A stretch of DNA of 64,000 bases from Pseudovirgaria hyperparasitica (Eukaryota). The notes beneath the pieces were generated by a model. That model did no database searches and had not been told where the DNA came from. It saw nothing but the letters and a program-made list of their open reading frames with translations. Position numbers and translations under genes: made by a program. Below, piece by piece: positions 61,945 to 64,000 of this stretch (position 1 is the first letter of the stretch; every line of letters begins with the position of its first letter). The stretch lies in NCBI GenBank assembly GCA_010093815.1, contig ML996570.1; one strand, written 5' to 3'.

Positions 61945-64000
61945 ATGTCGTTGGATCAGTCACATAGAAGCGAGATAGGATGTGAAAGAACAAACCTCCT
62001 ACAATCATCAAGCAGCAGCACGTCTGGAAGCGGGCAGCATACTCCTACGTATGCAAGCACAGTCAACGAAGAACATAAGCAAGGTGCTATCAAAGGTCAC
62101 CGCCATGATTCTAGTACCAGTGTGGTCGAGTCCCTGGACTACCGCACTCAGTTGAAGAAGAACTTAGTGTTGCTGTTGAGTATGTACAGTTCTCCATTCC
62201 TAGAGCTTCACTGATCGGCCAGGTGTTTATCTATGCAACTCTGATACATCAATTCTACTGGCCATGTTCCGTTCAGTCGCCTCTGAATACGACAAGATGG
62301 ACCAAGCCAGCTGGATCATCAATAGCTACATCATAGGCCTCATTGTTGCACAGCCCATGGTATGCAGACCAAGAAACTACCTGGACCCTTGACTGATAGT
62401 CAATAGTATGGGAAGCTTTCTGATATCTATGGCCGCAAAGGTCCTCTTCTCCTGGCCTATGTTTGCTACCTTATAGGCGCCATACTCGCGTACGTAAAAT
62501 CCATTCTGAAGCGCGATTCTTCTCACATGTCATACATAGTGGAAGTGGTGTATCATTTACGGGAGTCCTGATAGGGCGCGCTATTGCGGGCGTTGGCAAT
62601 AGTGGCATCTCTGTCCTCATCTCTACGCTCATTGTAGATCTGGTTCCTATGCAAGAGGTGGCTGTTTGGCGTAGCTATGTATACGCACTAAATATGGCAG
62701 GTCGAGCCCTCGGACCCCCGATTGGAGGTCTTATTGCCGACAGGAGCAACTGGCGATGGTTTGTCTAGATAGACTTGACGCTCGTTCACACCACTGACCA
62801 AGGCAGGGCTTTCCTCTATCAGACCCCGATCGTACTGCTCACTATCATCTTTGTTTGGTGGAAGATGGAGATCCCAAACGCTGCGAAGAAGATCGAAAAC
62901 TACGCTGATGAGGACCGCTCGAGCTGGACCAAGAAGCTTAAGCGAATCGACTTTGGTGGATCTATAACCCTAGGCATTGCAAACATTGGGCTTGTGCTCT
63001 TTCTTGACGAGATCTCGAAAGATCTCAATCTGGCACAGAACACGCTTGCGATCGTTTCAATGGTGATATGGCTCGTTTTCTTGGTCGCTTTTGCAGTCTG
63101 CGAGGGTTTCATCGCCCATGAACCCGTATTGCCACTTCGACTGCTGATCAAGCGGAATGTTTTCGCTGCGTACATGATCCAATTCATGCAGACGGCAGCA
63201 CAAGTCGCTGTAAGTTTCTGAATGTTTCCAATATTTTGAACAAACTAATCGGCTCATAGCTATACACATCCATGCCTCTGTACTTCAGGGTGACGGTAGG
63301 AGACAGCACGACCAGAGTTGCCCTCCGTCTCGCCATAGTCACGGTTGGGACGATCGTAGGTGGACTCATCAGTGGATTCGTAATAAAGCGGTACGTATAG
63401 TCAATAAAGGCACTATAATAACCACGTCCTGACAGCTTGCAGAACTGGAAAGTACAAGCGGCTCATATTCGTCTCAGTTGTCATGTCCAATATTTCTTTG
63501 TTTGCCATCTATATTCGATGGCAGGGCAACACTGACTGGGCCGAGACGCTCTATGGATTTCCCGTTGGACTCGGCTTCGGCGTTTCTCTATCTGCTGCAT
63601 TTATCGGCTTGACCTTTCGCCTGGAGCCATCTCAGATTGCGATAGCAACATCTGGATTCTACCTCAGCGTCAACCTTGGTAGTCTGTTTGGAGTTAGCAT
63701 ATCCTCCCTCATAATCGTGTCGATAGTCAAGAAGAACTTGTATGCATCACTCAGTGGCTTTGATAATGCTACTGCAATCATCCAGAGTGTTGTAAGGAAC
63801 TTTGATGAGATCAATCGATTGCCTGGAAAGGTTCAACTGCTTGTCCAGCGCGCCTATATCGATAGCATGATTTCCGTTTGGCGTAAGTTCACACTGACAA
63901 CCTCGGCGACTCTTCTAAGAAATTTTCACTGACTACATTAAGTTTTTGCATTTATCTGTGGCATGCTCTCTCTTCTAGCCACTTTCTTAATGCAAGAGAC
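61945..64000 (+). CDS. MFS drug:H+ antiporter (DHA2/Vba-like), 3'-partial
   Basis: Introns 62180-62222, 62360-62406, 62490-62539, 62759-62806, 63210-63259, 63391-63442 and 63883-63942 all keep frame. Motif A YGKLSDIYGRK, GRAIAGVG, motif C GPPIGG, WRWAF, RIDFGG, EPVLPL. Runs off the window end. Confidence 0.92.

Overview
Eukaryotic DNA from a filamentous ascomycete (Pezizomycotina-like). Evidence: mostly 44-81 nt GT-AG introns with CTRAY branch points, and fungal gene families. I rebuilt 23 gene models by hand, most of them split across several ORF-track entries. Left to right: a Baeyer-Villiger/flavin monooxygenase (5' end outside the window), an intronless CYP52-clan P450 with an atypical I-helix, a ~5 kb gene-free stretch with minisatellites, a small divergent velvet-like protein, a lipocalin-like protein, two hypotheticals, a HAD hydrolase, MDM34, an ECM15/UPF0045 protein, IPK1, GH54 arabinofuranosidase B, a small hypothetical, a Ure2-like GST, a GH3 beta-glucosidase, a GPI-anchored protein, a leaderless trypsin-like protease convergent with an F-box gene, an NmrA-like reductase, Myb-like and Zn2Cys6 regulators, and a GH92 alpha-mannosidase. 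The right end (56.8-64 kb) is the best candidate for an undescribed system: a phenol 2-monooxygenase-family gene, a stand-alone EgtD/EasF-family methyltransferase and a divergent MFS exporter. The first two match the tailoring pair of fungal isoquinoline alkaloid clusters (fumisoquin fsqG/fsqC, imizoquin imqC/imqF), so this may be the left edge of a biosynthetic cluster whose core enzyme lies beyond the window. I recognised no tRNA, rRNA, CRISPR array or intact transposon. All family calls come from reading motifs by eye, not from database searches.
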